From Amphiscolops sp. MND2022 (Eukaryota): a stretch of DNA of 64,000 bases. This document shows, piece by piece, positions 1-28,312 of the stretch. The notes beneath the pieces are model-generated. The model was given only the letters and a program-made list of their open reading frames with translations, did no database searches and was not told the DNA's origin. Location: positions 10,418,001 to 10,482,000 of the forward strand of contig OZ076409.1 in the NCBI GenBank assembly GCA_964187785.1. The letters are read 5' to 3'. The position numbers were made by a program, and so were the translations under genes. Numbering within the stretch: position 1 is the stretch's first letter; every line of letters starts with the position of its first letter.

Positions 1-140
1 AAAAATTGAAGGGGGGATCCGATAAAAACAAATTAGAAAAAAGTCGCATAGTTCCGAAAAACACGCCGGTCTCAAAAACAAGAAACGTCATATCCGATAT
101 ACGTTATATCCGGAATTGTTATATCAGGTTTGCGTTAAGG

Positions 141-850
141 AGACCCTTTTGCAACATTGGAAAATTATCCAAAAAACGTTATATCCGGTTTGCGCTAAAT
201 CCGGTATGGGTTGTTATTGTCGAAGGGGACTAATTAGCACTTTTTACAGCTTTGAAAAATTCTCCAAGGACCGTTATATCCGGTTTGCGTTTAATCGGGT
301 TTGTGCCAAAAAAATCCTAAGGGAGACCCTTTTGCAACATTGAACAATTATCCAAAAAACGTTATATCCGGTTTGCGCTAAATCCGGTATGAGTTGTTAT
401 TGTCGAAGGGGACTAATTAGCACTTTTTACAGCTTTGAAAAATTCTCCAAGGACCGTTATATCCGGTTTGCGTTAAACCGGGTTTGTGCCAAAAAAATCC
501 AAAGGGAGACCCTTTTGCAACATTGAACAATTATCCAAAAAACGTTATATCCGGTTTGCGCTAAATCCGGTATGGGTTGTTATTGTCGAAGGGGACTAAC
601 TAGCACTTTTTACAGCTTTGAAAAATTCTCCAAGGACCGTTATATCCGGTTTGCGTTAAATCGGGTTTGTGCCAAAAAAAATCCAAAGGGAGACCCTTTT
701 ACAACATTGAACAATTATCCAAAAAACGTTATATCCGGAATTCGTTATATCCGGTTTGCGCTAAATCCGGTATGGGTTATTGTCGAAGGGGACTAATTAG
801 CAATTTCTACAGCTTTGAAAAATTCTTCAAGGACGGTTATATCCGGTAAC
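141..850. repeat. Tandem array of ~183-bp units (~4 copies) inside a Helitron2/Helentron-like element that ends near 963
   Basis: agacccttt motif recurs at 141, 324, 507 and 691; the stretch ends gcgccaactaaaa like other copies of the family. Confidence 0.85.
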
Positions 851-1632
851 CCTTATTATCCTATTTATCCGGTATAAAGCTTATAAAATCTGTCACTTGG
901 TTGGTCTTGGAAAAGCCAGTGATATAGTCTGCGTTTTCTACGAAAAGAAAGCGCCAACTAAAAACGGAACGCACTAAAATGTTTGAGCTCCCAATGTTTC
1001 AAATAGTTGTCAACATATAATTCTGACCTCTGAACATTACAATTCAGCTTGTCAGTCATTCACTTTTACAACTTTTCTTCGAAGCAAAAGAAGTTTCACA
1101 CATTAAAAATGATCGAAATGGCTGGTAAAGACGTCTAGACATTTTCTGAAAGTTCGGAGCATTATTTGAAGATTTGATTACGTAACCAGAGAATGATTGA
1201 CAGAGAAAGTGGAAGATAATCAGTTACTTGTCTACAAACATTACGATTTAAGAGAGTGATTTTGTGCGTTCCGTTTTTTGGTTACCCTAGTAATAAGTTC
1301 AGCTGACAAGGTTTCGTCTGAGTAGAGGGAGGGTTCCCAATCACAGTGTTGACGGCCGTGATGTAACTACCGGGAAGCGACAACACTGCTATTAGTGGTA
1401 TGGCCCTCATTTAGCGATACTGGCAAGTTTACTCTTCCGATTCTGTTACCAGGGGAACCTTTAGAATGCAGGCGATCGATGTGATTTGAAATTATCGACT
1501 GTCGATTTTTTAAAAAAATATCATATGTGGGTCTTGTAATACTTGTAATAAGTGGAAGTTAATCACAGTTTGACTGAATTACGAAGTGCATTTTTGGACC
1601 AACCTCCACTTATCACTAACTACGCGCCTTGA

Positions 1633-19016
<17,384 letters not shown>

Positions 19017-19034
19017 TATCTCAGCAGTGATGAC

Positions 19035-21248
19035 TGACTCGCTTACAAGCAAGGCTATACGATAAATTTTCTATAGAACAGACATTTATTTCGAAAATTG
19101 TCATAACAATATTTATGCGACATGCTTGGAATCTCGCAGTTCGAAAAATGAGATTTTCAAAATTAATGATTTGAATAAAGAAGAACGACTTTATTCCATT
19201 GAAGGAACTATGTTTAAAGATACATATGGAAGTATTAACAGCAGGGTTTTGACATCGCTAATTTTTTCCGCTAATCGCTAAACCGCTAATTTGAAAATCG
19301 CTATTTCGCTGAAAAGTTTTTTCTGCAAACTATCAAATGTTTAGCGTCAAGTATGTTTCAAAATAACTTCTTCAGTTTTTGGAAGAAAAAAGACTATAAT
19401 TTTTTGTACTGTGCGAGTTTTACTAGGGTAAGTTGGAGTTTTTCCGAAATTCATTCTGAAACACCGTCTATACACAGAAGAAATTTTGGATTTGGACGGT
19501 CTGTTAGTTACCGCTAATTTGAATCGCTAATGAAATCGCTGAAAAATTCCTGGACGGCCGCTAATTCGCTGATTAGCGGTGTCAAAACTCTGATTAACAG
19601 ATACAAATATTCCAGACCTGCGTTCTTTTTCTTAGACGATTTCAATTAAGCGCTTTTTAGTATACCGATAACTTTGTACATTTCGCTTTTAAATGCAACT
19701 AAGTATATATTTTTATATACCGACTCAACTAATTAACATGTTTTCAGCATTCCGAGGTTTGTTCACAGCACACGACACATGATAGTGAAAACATGCCTCA
19801 TTTCACTACTGCGAATTCTATCTGTACAGTCAGGGCAACCTAATGGCAAACAATTCCGTTGACAATTATGTCAAAGACAAAAATTGATCACCAATGGAGT
19901 ACAGAACACAATTGATTAATCATCAGAATTGGATCGTCGTCATCAATCAGCGTTTTTTTAAAAAAAACGCTTCTTTATTCAATATGTGCCACCAGCCCGG
20001 ACGGCAGACAAAAAATTCAACCAACTTAGGAAACATAAAAAATTAAGAAACGAGAAAATTTCAAAATTAATGATTTGAATAAAGAAGAACGACTTTATTC
20101 CATTGAAGGAACTATGTTTAAAGATACATATGGAAGTATTAACAGCAGGGTTTTGACATCACTAATTTTTTCCGCTAATCGCTAAACCGCTAATTTGAAA
20201 ATCGCTATTTCGCTGAAAAGTTTTTTCTGCAAACTATCAAATGTTTAGCGTCAAGTATGTTTCAAAATAACTTCTTCAGTTTTTGGAAGAAAAAAGACTA
20301 TAATTTTTTGTACTGTGCGAGTTTTACTAGGGTAAGTTGGAGTTTTTCCGAAATTCATTCTGAAACACCGTCTATACACAGAAGAAATTTTGGATTTGGA
20401 CGGTCTGTTAGTGACCGCTAATTTGAATCGCTAATGAAATCGCTGAAAAATTCCTGGACGGCCGCTAATTCGCTGATTAGCGGTGTCAAAACTCTGATTA
20501 ACAGATACAAATATTCCAGACCTGCGTTCTTTTTCTTAGACGATTTCAATTAAGCGCTTTTTAGTATACCGATAACTTTGTACATTTCGCTTTTAAATGC
20601 AACTAAGTATATATTTTTATATACCGACTCAACTAATTAACATGTTTTCAGCATTCCAAGGTTTGTTCACAGCACACGACACATGATAGTGAAAACATGC
20701 CTCATTTCACTACTGCGAATTCTATCTGTATAGTCAGGGCAACCTAATGGCAAACAATTCCGTTGACAATTATGTCAAAGACAAAAATTGATCACCAATG
20801 GAGTACAGAACACAATTGATTAATCATCAGAATTGGATCGTCGTCATCAATCAGCGTTTTTTTTTAAAAAAAACGCTTCTTTATTCATTATGTGCCACCA
20901 GCCCGGACGGCAGACAAAAAATTCAACCAACTTAGGAAACATAAAAAATTAAGAAACGAGATAATGCAAACAGAGTTCAATGGACCCATTTCAATTCAGA
21001 AACTCAATGAGGCACGTGAAATGGTAACGATTACAAAGCAAAGAAGACATATATTTCTTGTTGAAACAAAACGGAAATTAAACGCAGATTTACAAGTAGT
21101 AAAGTTAGCTAAATCATTAATTTTGAAATTCTCATTTTTCGAATTGCGAGATTCCAAGCATGTCGCATAAATATTGTTATGGCAATTTTCGAAATAAATG
21201 TCTGTTCTATAGAAAATTTATCGTATGGCCTTGCTTGTAAGCGAGTCA
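19035..21248. mobile_element. Non-autonomous TIR element (~136-bp TIRs) with an internal ~904-bp tandem duplication
   Basis: 19035-19171 is the inverse of 21111-21248; 19157-20054 is repeated near-identically at 20061-20960; no TSD seen. Confidence 0.8.
19242..19592. mobile_element. hAT MITE (duplicated at 20146-20496)
   Basis: TIRs cagggttttgaca/tgtcaaaactctg; 8-bp TSD attaacag on both sides. Confidence 0.85.
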
Positions 21249-22111
21249 ATTGATTAACAGCTTTCATAAAAACTAACCTTATAGTAGCTCCTTTAACGAT
21301 AACACCGGGCATCTGGATCAGAGGAACAGTAGACAACGCGAAAGTACTTTCAGATCCATCAATTTCTAGAAGCAAAAAAGCCTGGAGCTTCAAGTTACAT
21401 TAGAAACTTCTATGGGATCCATCAAACTTGGCAGATTTGGGATCTGACACAGCATCGAAAAGTTCGTTCTGATCTGGAAGTTTTTCATCAGAAAGATAGT
21501 CTATATACTGTGGTGTGATATTCATAGTGATACAAATAAATAAATTACCTACTATTAGCACTGGAAGCGAACATAAACGGTTAAACACCACGTCAGCAGA
21601 GGACCCTCCTTACACGGGTCGTAATGAAAACAACCTGAACAAGCTTTTGTTTGAAACCTTTCTGAGAGACAACGCACGACGATTAACGAACTGGCAGCTT
21701 TTTGAAGCAACGGATTTCAAGGACTCTTCAGATCGGCAATGCGGCCTGTGTTCTAGAAACCTTGAGCGACAGAGATACGTTCGAAGAAACTTATTACATA
21801 TAGCTAATTTTTTTAAACCTCTAACATTGCAGCTTTAAATAATTTTCTACCGGTCGACTGCGATAGTGGCTGGTATGAGTAGTTTGTTGGTTGTTTCTTT
21901 TTGCTACTGGTCTACTGGGATAGTGGCTGGTATGGGGTCCCCACGTTCGTTGCAGACCACGGGTGTGTGTCTTCTCCCAACATGATGATACACATGGCAC
22001 TTGATTAAGAATATAATAATAATAAAAGTTTTATCCATATAGGAAAGGGTTTTGAGCCCTCAAGTTCGCTCATCTTTTCGCCTTTTCCAATGAGTATTCA
22101 AAACTCTCCAA

Positions 22112-22586
22112 GGGCGGTGGGCGTTTGGATCGAATGAACTTGCGCGAATATGCAATCTGTCACTGGATCGAAGTAAAATGGTCAAAGAAAATGAGATCGA
22201 ATCCATGTTTTCAAATACCTAGCGTTTTCAAATAACAATGTTTTTGGCCGTCGGATATGCCCCCCATTTCCTCTAATGCCCCGCGGCCCCTTGGGGCCGC
22301 TTATGTTCCCATCTTGCTAAGCGAGGTCGAACAGGAGCAAAGACCTAGCGGGAACGGATATCGCGAAGCGATGGTAGTGGGAGCTGGTCTTTGCGACGGT
22401 GAGGGCGAGCGTGCATACACCGTATATGATCCCGTATTAGGTGGGGAAGACTACCTAAATAATTTTAAACGCTTTTAAACACTTTACAGGAGCAAAAACC
22501 TAGCAAAACCGGAAAAATTCGATCTCAAAACCATTTTCAATCTCGCTTTTCGCTCACACAAAAACTCGATCCAAAAATACCCCACC
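22112..22586. mobile_element. Mutator-like MITE carrying cassette B, inserted in the LINE 3' end
   Basis: 9-bp TSD ctctccaag (22103-22111, 22587-22595); GG..CC ends with tttggatcga TIRs. Confidence 0.8.
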
Positions 22587-22595
22587 CTCTCCAAG

Positions 22596-25500
22596 TCTTC
22601 TTGTCGTCATAGTCGTAATAAATTGCTAAATACTCCTGATAATACACAGTTAGTTCTGCTTTTATATTGCTCGAATAAATGCTGACTTTCTTGCCAATGA
22701 TCGAATATAGTTGTACGACACGGTACCAAGAGTTTTCTTTGCTTACAGATAAATTAGTCAACGGGTTGTAAAAATCATCTTGAAGATTTTCGTGATTTGT
22801 AGATCTTGTTGGTCTTTTCCCTTGAATGGTAGCAACATGGTCTTGCCAATCAATTTGATATTGTCCTCCAATTTTTTTCCCAAATAGTAAAAGGTCATGG
22901 AGCTCCATATACAAGAGATAGGTAGCAACCCAAGTTTCACCAGTCGACTTTAATAACCATTTAGCCCATGGGAGCAGATCCACTTTAGAGCACGTTTTTG
23001 GAATAATTCCAAGTTTGCCAGAGAAGTTGAATTTGCGTAACATACCTGCATTCCGTACGTTAAAATTGGTACTATATAACTTTTGAACAGATTAAGTTTT
23101 GTTAATAGGGTAGTCACACTTGAGACGTTTCGTTTGATCATGAAAAACGCTGCGTAAGCTTTATTACATCTCCTTTTCCAATGCTCGGTCCAGTGCAGAT
23201 TTGCGCTGACCATTACTCCAAGGTCCTTTTCGACATATTTACGCTTGAAACAACAGTCTTCCGAAAATACAAAAGCTTCATCTTGGTCACCTTTGAATAG
23301 TAAAAACCCACACTTGGCTTCGGGCAATAAGTTCGATTTACTAAGTTCGAATGTGAAATAGTGGAATAAGTTCGAATAGGAATAGTTTCGAGACATCAAG
23401 TTCGAATTTTCATATCGGGCATATCCGGTGTGTCAAGAATAAAATATTACCTTTCGTAAATGTCTCAGAAAATTTTCAATACTTTTCCTTTCTAATGTGG
23501 GGCAAATCCGGTGTATGCACGCTCGCCCTCACCGTCACAAAGACCAGCTCCCACTACGATCGCTTTGCGATCTCCGTTCCCGCTAGGTCTTTGCTCCTGT
23601 TCGACCTCGCTTAGCAAGATGGGAGCATAAGCGGCCCCAAGGGGCCGCGGGGCACTAGATGAATTGGGGAAATATCAGAAGTACGTTTTATACTTACGGC
23701 GGTTTGTTCATAATTCGAACACAGTGATTCGAACTTGTTCCGGTTTTTGGAAAATTCGAACTTAGTCCATTCGAAATTAAAATTCGAACTTATGCGTTCG
23801 AACTTATTACCGTGCCCTCCACACTTGACTCCATTAACTTCCATTCGGTTATCAATGCACCATCTTCTCAATCGAAGAATACCTTCTTCCAAGTCCAATC
23901 GACTGATAGAATATATTTTCAAGTCATCTGCAAATAATTTACAGAGACTGATGAACAATTCAGGAGAGTCGTTGACATAAGTAACGAATAGAAGCGGGCC
24001 TAATATTGATCCCTGCGGGACACCACTTGTTACATCAGCTTCATCTGAGTATTTCCCATTAATTCTGACGCATTGCTTTCGGTCTTCTAAATTGCTCTTG
24101 AGTATTTCGAATAGTGTTCCCTGAATACCTAGTCTCCAAAGTTTTTGCAGGAGAACTCTGTGAGATACTTCGTCAAATGCTTTTTTAAAATCAACATACA
24201 CTGTGCTCACGAAATGATTGCTTCTGTCGCATTTGGCTTTATATAAATAATCAAGATGAATAAGTAACTGAGTCACCGTAGACTTTTTCTTTCAAAAAAT
24301 CAAACTGGTGTTTACTTATTTGATTGCAGAAATGGTCAAAAAAGTCCTCGTAATTTATTTTTTCGTACACTTTTGAAACACAAGCAAGTAGAGCAACTGG
24401 TCGATACATTTCCACATTTGACTTGTCACCGTCTTTGAAAATAGGCGAAATCAATGCTCTTTTCCACTTTGCAGGGAAAATCTTCTTACAGGTAAAATTC
24501 TTCATTAGCAAGAAAATAGATGGAGCAAGCTGTTCACCCAATTTATTCAGGAAAATGTTTGGAACCCCATCTTCGCCACATGCTTTTTGCACATTCAAGC
24601 TCCCAAGAATAGATTTAACATCGTCCAGTGTGAAGTTGATTCTGGTTGAGATACTTTCGGAGATAGGCCCTTGCGGTAGAAAAAAACTCTTCTTTAGCAT
24701 TGTAAACATTGGAAAAGAAATTGTTGAACATTCTTGCTTTGTCAGAATCTGTCTCTGCAGAATACTTTGGTAGTGCATAGTTGAAGGAAGACTATGAGGG
24801 CACTTAATCACTTTGAAGTACTTGTAGATTTTGTCAAACACCCAACTAGAAAACACCGAATTTTCGAATAGGCTGAGATCTTCTTTTGATAGCTCAAGTG
24901 CTGCGGCAGTTAATTGAGATATTTTTGAGAATCTTTTTGCATCAAATCGCATTAATTGTTTCCTCTCTAATGATTTTACAATCCGTAGTATTCTAGAGGT
25001 TCTAGATGTAATCCATGGGGGAAGATTTGTCCGATGCTCAGTTTTTCTTTGAATTGAATTGGTGTGAATTGCATCGATCCAATTATACCATGAATCCAGA
25101 AGGACATCAACATTGCTAAAACAATATGGCCTGAATGAATTTATTCGTATGTATTCTAGTGCTACATTCCAATCCGTAGTTGAGTATGAATATCTCGTGG
25201 CTGTTTTGATCGTATGAGAATAACCTGCTTCTAATACCACTGAGTAGGGATAATGATTACTGAGCTGTTTACCGTTACCACTATACGCTTTATGCACCGT
25301 AATATTGGGGACCCATTTAACAATACTAGAGGTGTTGTTAGTAAGTGTAACTTGAAGAGAGCGACCGCTGATACTATCTTTTAAAATTTGTTGAAAACCA
25401 TCTTCAATAAGAACGTCTGAAACGTGGGATTCAAAAGTATCTGTTGAGGATAAGGTGTCCCAGTTTGTTAGGGCAAAGTTTATGTCCCCTGTGATTAATG

Positions 25501-25801
25501 TCTGATCAATGTCAGATAATTTAATTTGTCTTGATGCAATGCTTTTCCTAACCCCAATAAGGACTCCACCATGACATGTGCAATCATTTGATTTAATAGA
25601 TTGGTTGGTTGATTTAGCTGGTCTGTTTCCACGGTAAATATTGAAATCAGGTAAAAATAGAGCAGTTGAAGGGATAGAATTGGTCAACCAGGTTTCAGAT
25701 AGACACACTATTTCAATTTCCTGTAATGCAAGTGCATTGGCTAAAATTTGACGTCTTTTCAGTTCAAGAATGCTACGAACATTGTATGTAATAACATGCA
25801 T
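22596..25801 (-). pseudogene. LINE ORF2 (APE endonuclease plus reverse transcriptase), frameshifted and interrupted
   Basis: YNVRS, LSETWL, GGV, GDIN; YRPVALL, DFKKAFD, GVPQGSILGPLLF, LFADDLK, KDLGV; KCG duplicated across the 23317-23818 insertion. Confidence 0.9.
23317..23818. mobile_element. Mutator-like MITE carrying cassette B, inserted in LINE ORF2
   Basis: 9-bp TSD ccacacttg (23308-23316, 23819-23827); aataagttcga-repeat TIRs. Confidence 0.82.
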
Positions 25802-25822
25802 GGTTGACTTTCTGTTGCTTAG

Positions 25823-26785
25823 TCACTCGGATTTGGAAGCTGAGTCGGCAGCTTGGCCGAACACGGTGCACCATTCATTTCCTTTGAATTGTTGTAGTTC
25901 AAGGTTGCGGATACGAATAACCCTAGCTGGGATACCGTCCAATATCAACTTTCTACGATGCTTGAGACATTCTCTTTCTTTTGATGCATCCTCAACAGTT
26001 AATTCTGGACTTAGGTAGATAGGATTTTCAAACGCAGAAAAATCCTTGAGTTTGCGTGCTGATTTTAAAAGAAGGTCTTTATCCACTGCATCCTCCAGAT
26101 AGAACAATATTGACCGCGGACGGGGTTTCCCATTCAACTGTTTCCTATCATCGTAAGGACCAATACGTTTGACCTTTGTTATCTTGCCATTATTTTCCAA
26201 GAATTGAAGAACATACTTTATAGAGTTAATGTCCGTTTTCAATCTTTCATCCGATGTTCTTTCCATGGCTTCGGGTATGCCCCTGATTCGAATCCCCAGT
26301 AAGTCATTTCGCTTTTCTTGAATTGGTACGGTAATAGTTTTTCCAGGTTTGACTGAGCGCAGTGCTTCCGTGTAACTTTTTGGTTGATCTCGTTTTAGAG
26401 AATCAATTTCTTTTTGAATTTCCTTAACTACATGAAGAGATTGAATAACATTTTCGTTATATTGCGTGAGCTTTTCGTCGAGGGAGTTTAGATCACTTTT
26501 CTGTTTCTGCTGTTCAGGTGTAAGAATACAAACATCATCCTTACGTTCGTTGGAACAATCATTGCAAACGTGTAACAAATTTCTATTTAGCTTGATGATC
26601 GTCGAGACTTCGTTCTTTGAGAATCCAGTGCAGTCAGCAGTCATGTGTAGTGTCTTCCGGCACATCACACAGCTGAATCGTTCACCATTGATTTTCTTTT
26701 CACAAACTGAACATTGATCACGTTTCGTCTTCGGAATTCCCTCGGTGTTGGCCAGGTTGATCCCCGGCACATCGGTCGTCATCAT
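25823..26785 (-). CDS. LINE ORF1p (PHD finger, coiled coil, RRM-like)
   Basis: CSVC..CVMC..H...CTG..CNDC; IRIRGIPE, RIG, PRPRSI, IYLSPELT motifs. Confidence 0.85.
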   Translation of the reverse strand: MMTTDVPGINLANTEGIPKTKRDQCSVCEKKINGERFSCVMCRKTLHMTADCTGFSKNEVSTIIKLNRNLLHVCNDCSNERKDDVCILTPEQQKQKSDLNSLDEKLTQYNENVIQSLHVVKEIQKEIDSLKRDQPKSYTEALRSVKPGKTITVPIQEKRNDLLGIRIRGIPEAMERTSDERLKTDINSIKYVLQFLENNGKITKVKRIGPYDDRKQLNGKPRPRSILFYLEDAVDKDLLLKSARKLKDFSAFENPIYLSPELTVEDASKERECLKHRRKLILDGIPARVIRIRNLELQQFKGNEWCTVFGQAADSASKSE

Positions 26786-27740
26786 AACGCAAATGAAAAC
26801 ACACTATTTAATAAGTTAATAAGTTTATCACAACAAAAATGACGAAGATCCATGATCTGATAGAGACAAAAAAAACTCTGAGAGACACCTTTCAAAAGTT
26901 GATACTGTAGAAAAACTTTTCGAAGACAATCGAAAAATGTCATTGCGTAGCTCCAGTATATGGAACATAATTGAAATAACTTTCGAAAAATGAAAAACTT
27001 CTGGATTTTCATCAAATGTTAAGTTTCTGTAGAATGATGTCGTTCGCGTGACCATCGAGCCCGTTATTTTTCAAAACATATGGCTTACGATGGCTCTCAA
27101 TGAACTCACAAGAGTATTTGTTCGTCGCCGAAGTCCTACTCAAGGTTGTTTTGTTGAAAAACTTTTTTTCCTCCATCAGATATTATGGATCTTCGTCATC
27201 AATCAAGTGCCATGTGTATCATCATGTTAAGGGGAGAAGACACACACCCGTGGTCTACGACGGAAGTAGGGAACCCCATACCAGCCACTATCCCAGTAGC
27301 AAAAAGAAACAACGGACAAACTACTCATACCAGCCACTATCCCAGTCGACCGGTAGAAATTTTTTCTAGCTGCAATCATGGAGGTTTAAGAAAAGTAGCT
27401 ATATGTAAAAAAAATTCAGTGGGGGTATTTTTGGATCGAATTTTTGTGTGAGCTAAAAGCGAGATCGGAAATGGATCGAAAGTTTTGAGTTCGAATTGTT
27501 CCGATTTTGCTCCGCAAACAGTTTAAAATATTTTAGGTACTTTTCCCCACCTAATATGGGATCATATACTATGTATGCACGCTCGCCGTCACCATCGCAA
27601 AGACCAGCTCCCTCCACGATTGCCTCGCGATCTCCGTTCCCGCTAGGTCTTTGCTCCTGTTCGATCTCGCTTAGCAAGATGGGAACATAAGCGGCCCCAA
27701 GAGACCGCGGGGCACTAGAGGAATCGGGGACATATCCGAG

Positions 27741-28089
27741 GGGTGGGCGGAAATAGGTCGAAGGAATGGGATCGAAAATCAGAGTTAGTCCTCAGGTCAA
27801 CAGACCAAATTTTTGAATGGGATCGAAACAACTCGGATCGAAATTTTTATAACGTAGTCAGATATGTTCACATACCCCTAGTGCCCTGAATGCAGCAGCG
27901 AAGCGGAGCGGAGCGACGTGCCATATGGACATGCCTCAATGTTGCTATTTGGCGAAGGGAGCGAAGCGACCGAGCCATACAACAAATACAACAAAATTCG
28001 ACCGCATTCCTTTCGATCCCTGCAATTCGAACAAAAGGTTCGACCTCTGCCCTTTCGACCAGAAAATTTCGACCTATTTACAGCCATCC
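27741..28089. mobile_element. Mutator-like MITE carrying cassette A, nested in a cassette-B copy (27419-~28115)
   Basis: 9-bp TSD atatccgag (27732-27740, 28090-28098); TIRs aaataggtcgaa/ttcgacctattt. Confidence 0.82.
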
Positions 28090-28312
28090 ATATCCGAGGC
28101 ACGTTTTATGCTTTGCAGCATTCATACATTCTTTTAATCGTGATTTTGACACCAAGATATCCTGCCGTGACGGAGTTCACTTTTCCTTCTTTGGAAATCA
28201 TATTTTCACCCGCATTCTGTCTTTCTATATTTCTCACTATAGTTGTAATTTTATTCATATGTAAATAATCGAATTGTACATATAACTGACCTGACAACCT
28301 TCCCTCAATTCC

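Larger units (their letters stand above)
22012..26800 (-). mobile_element. Near full-length decayed CR1/L2-group LINE, interrupted by two MITEs
   Basis: ORF1 plus APE-RT ORF2 in pieces; short (TTA)n-like 3' tail near 22012-22025. Confidence 0.9.

Noticed and set aside
141..850. Regular repeats as a CRISPR array
   Set aside because: Whole 183-bp units repeat with no unique spacers; eukaryotic context, no cas genes.
22250..27740. Inverted ~330-bp repeats around the LINE as TIRs of one large composite transposon
   Set aside because: The left copy has its own 9-bp TSD and lies inside the LINE 3' end, so these are independent insertions.
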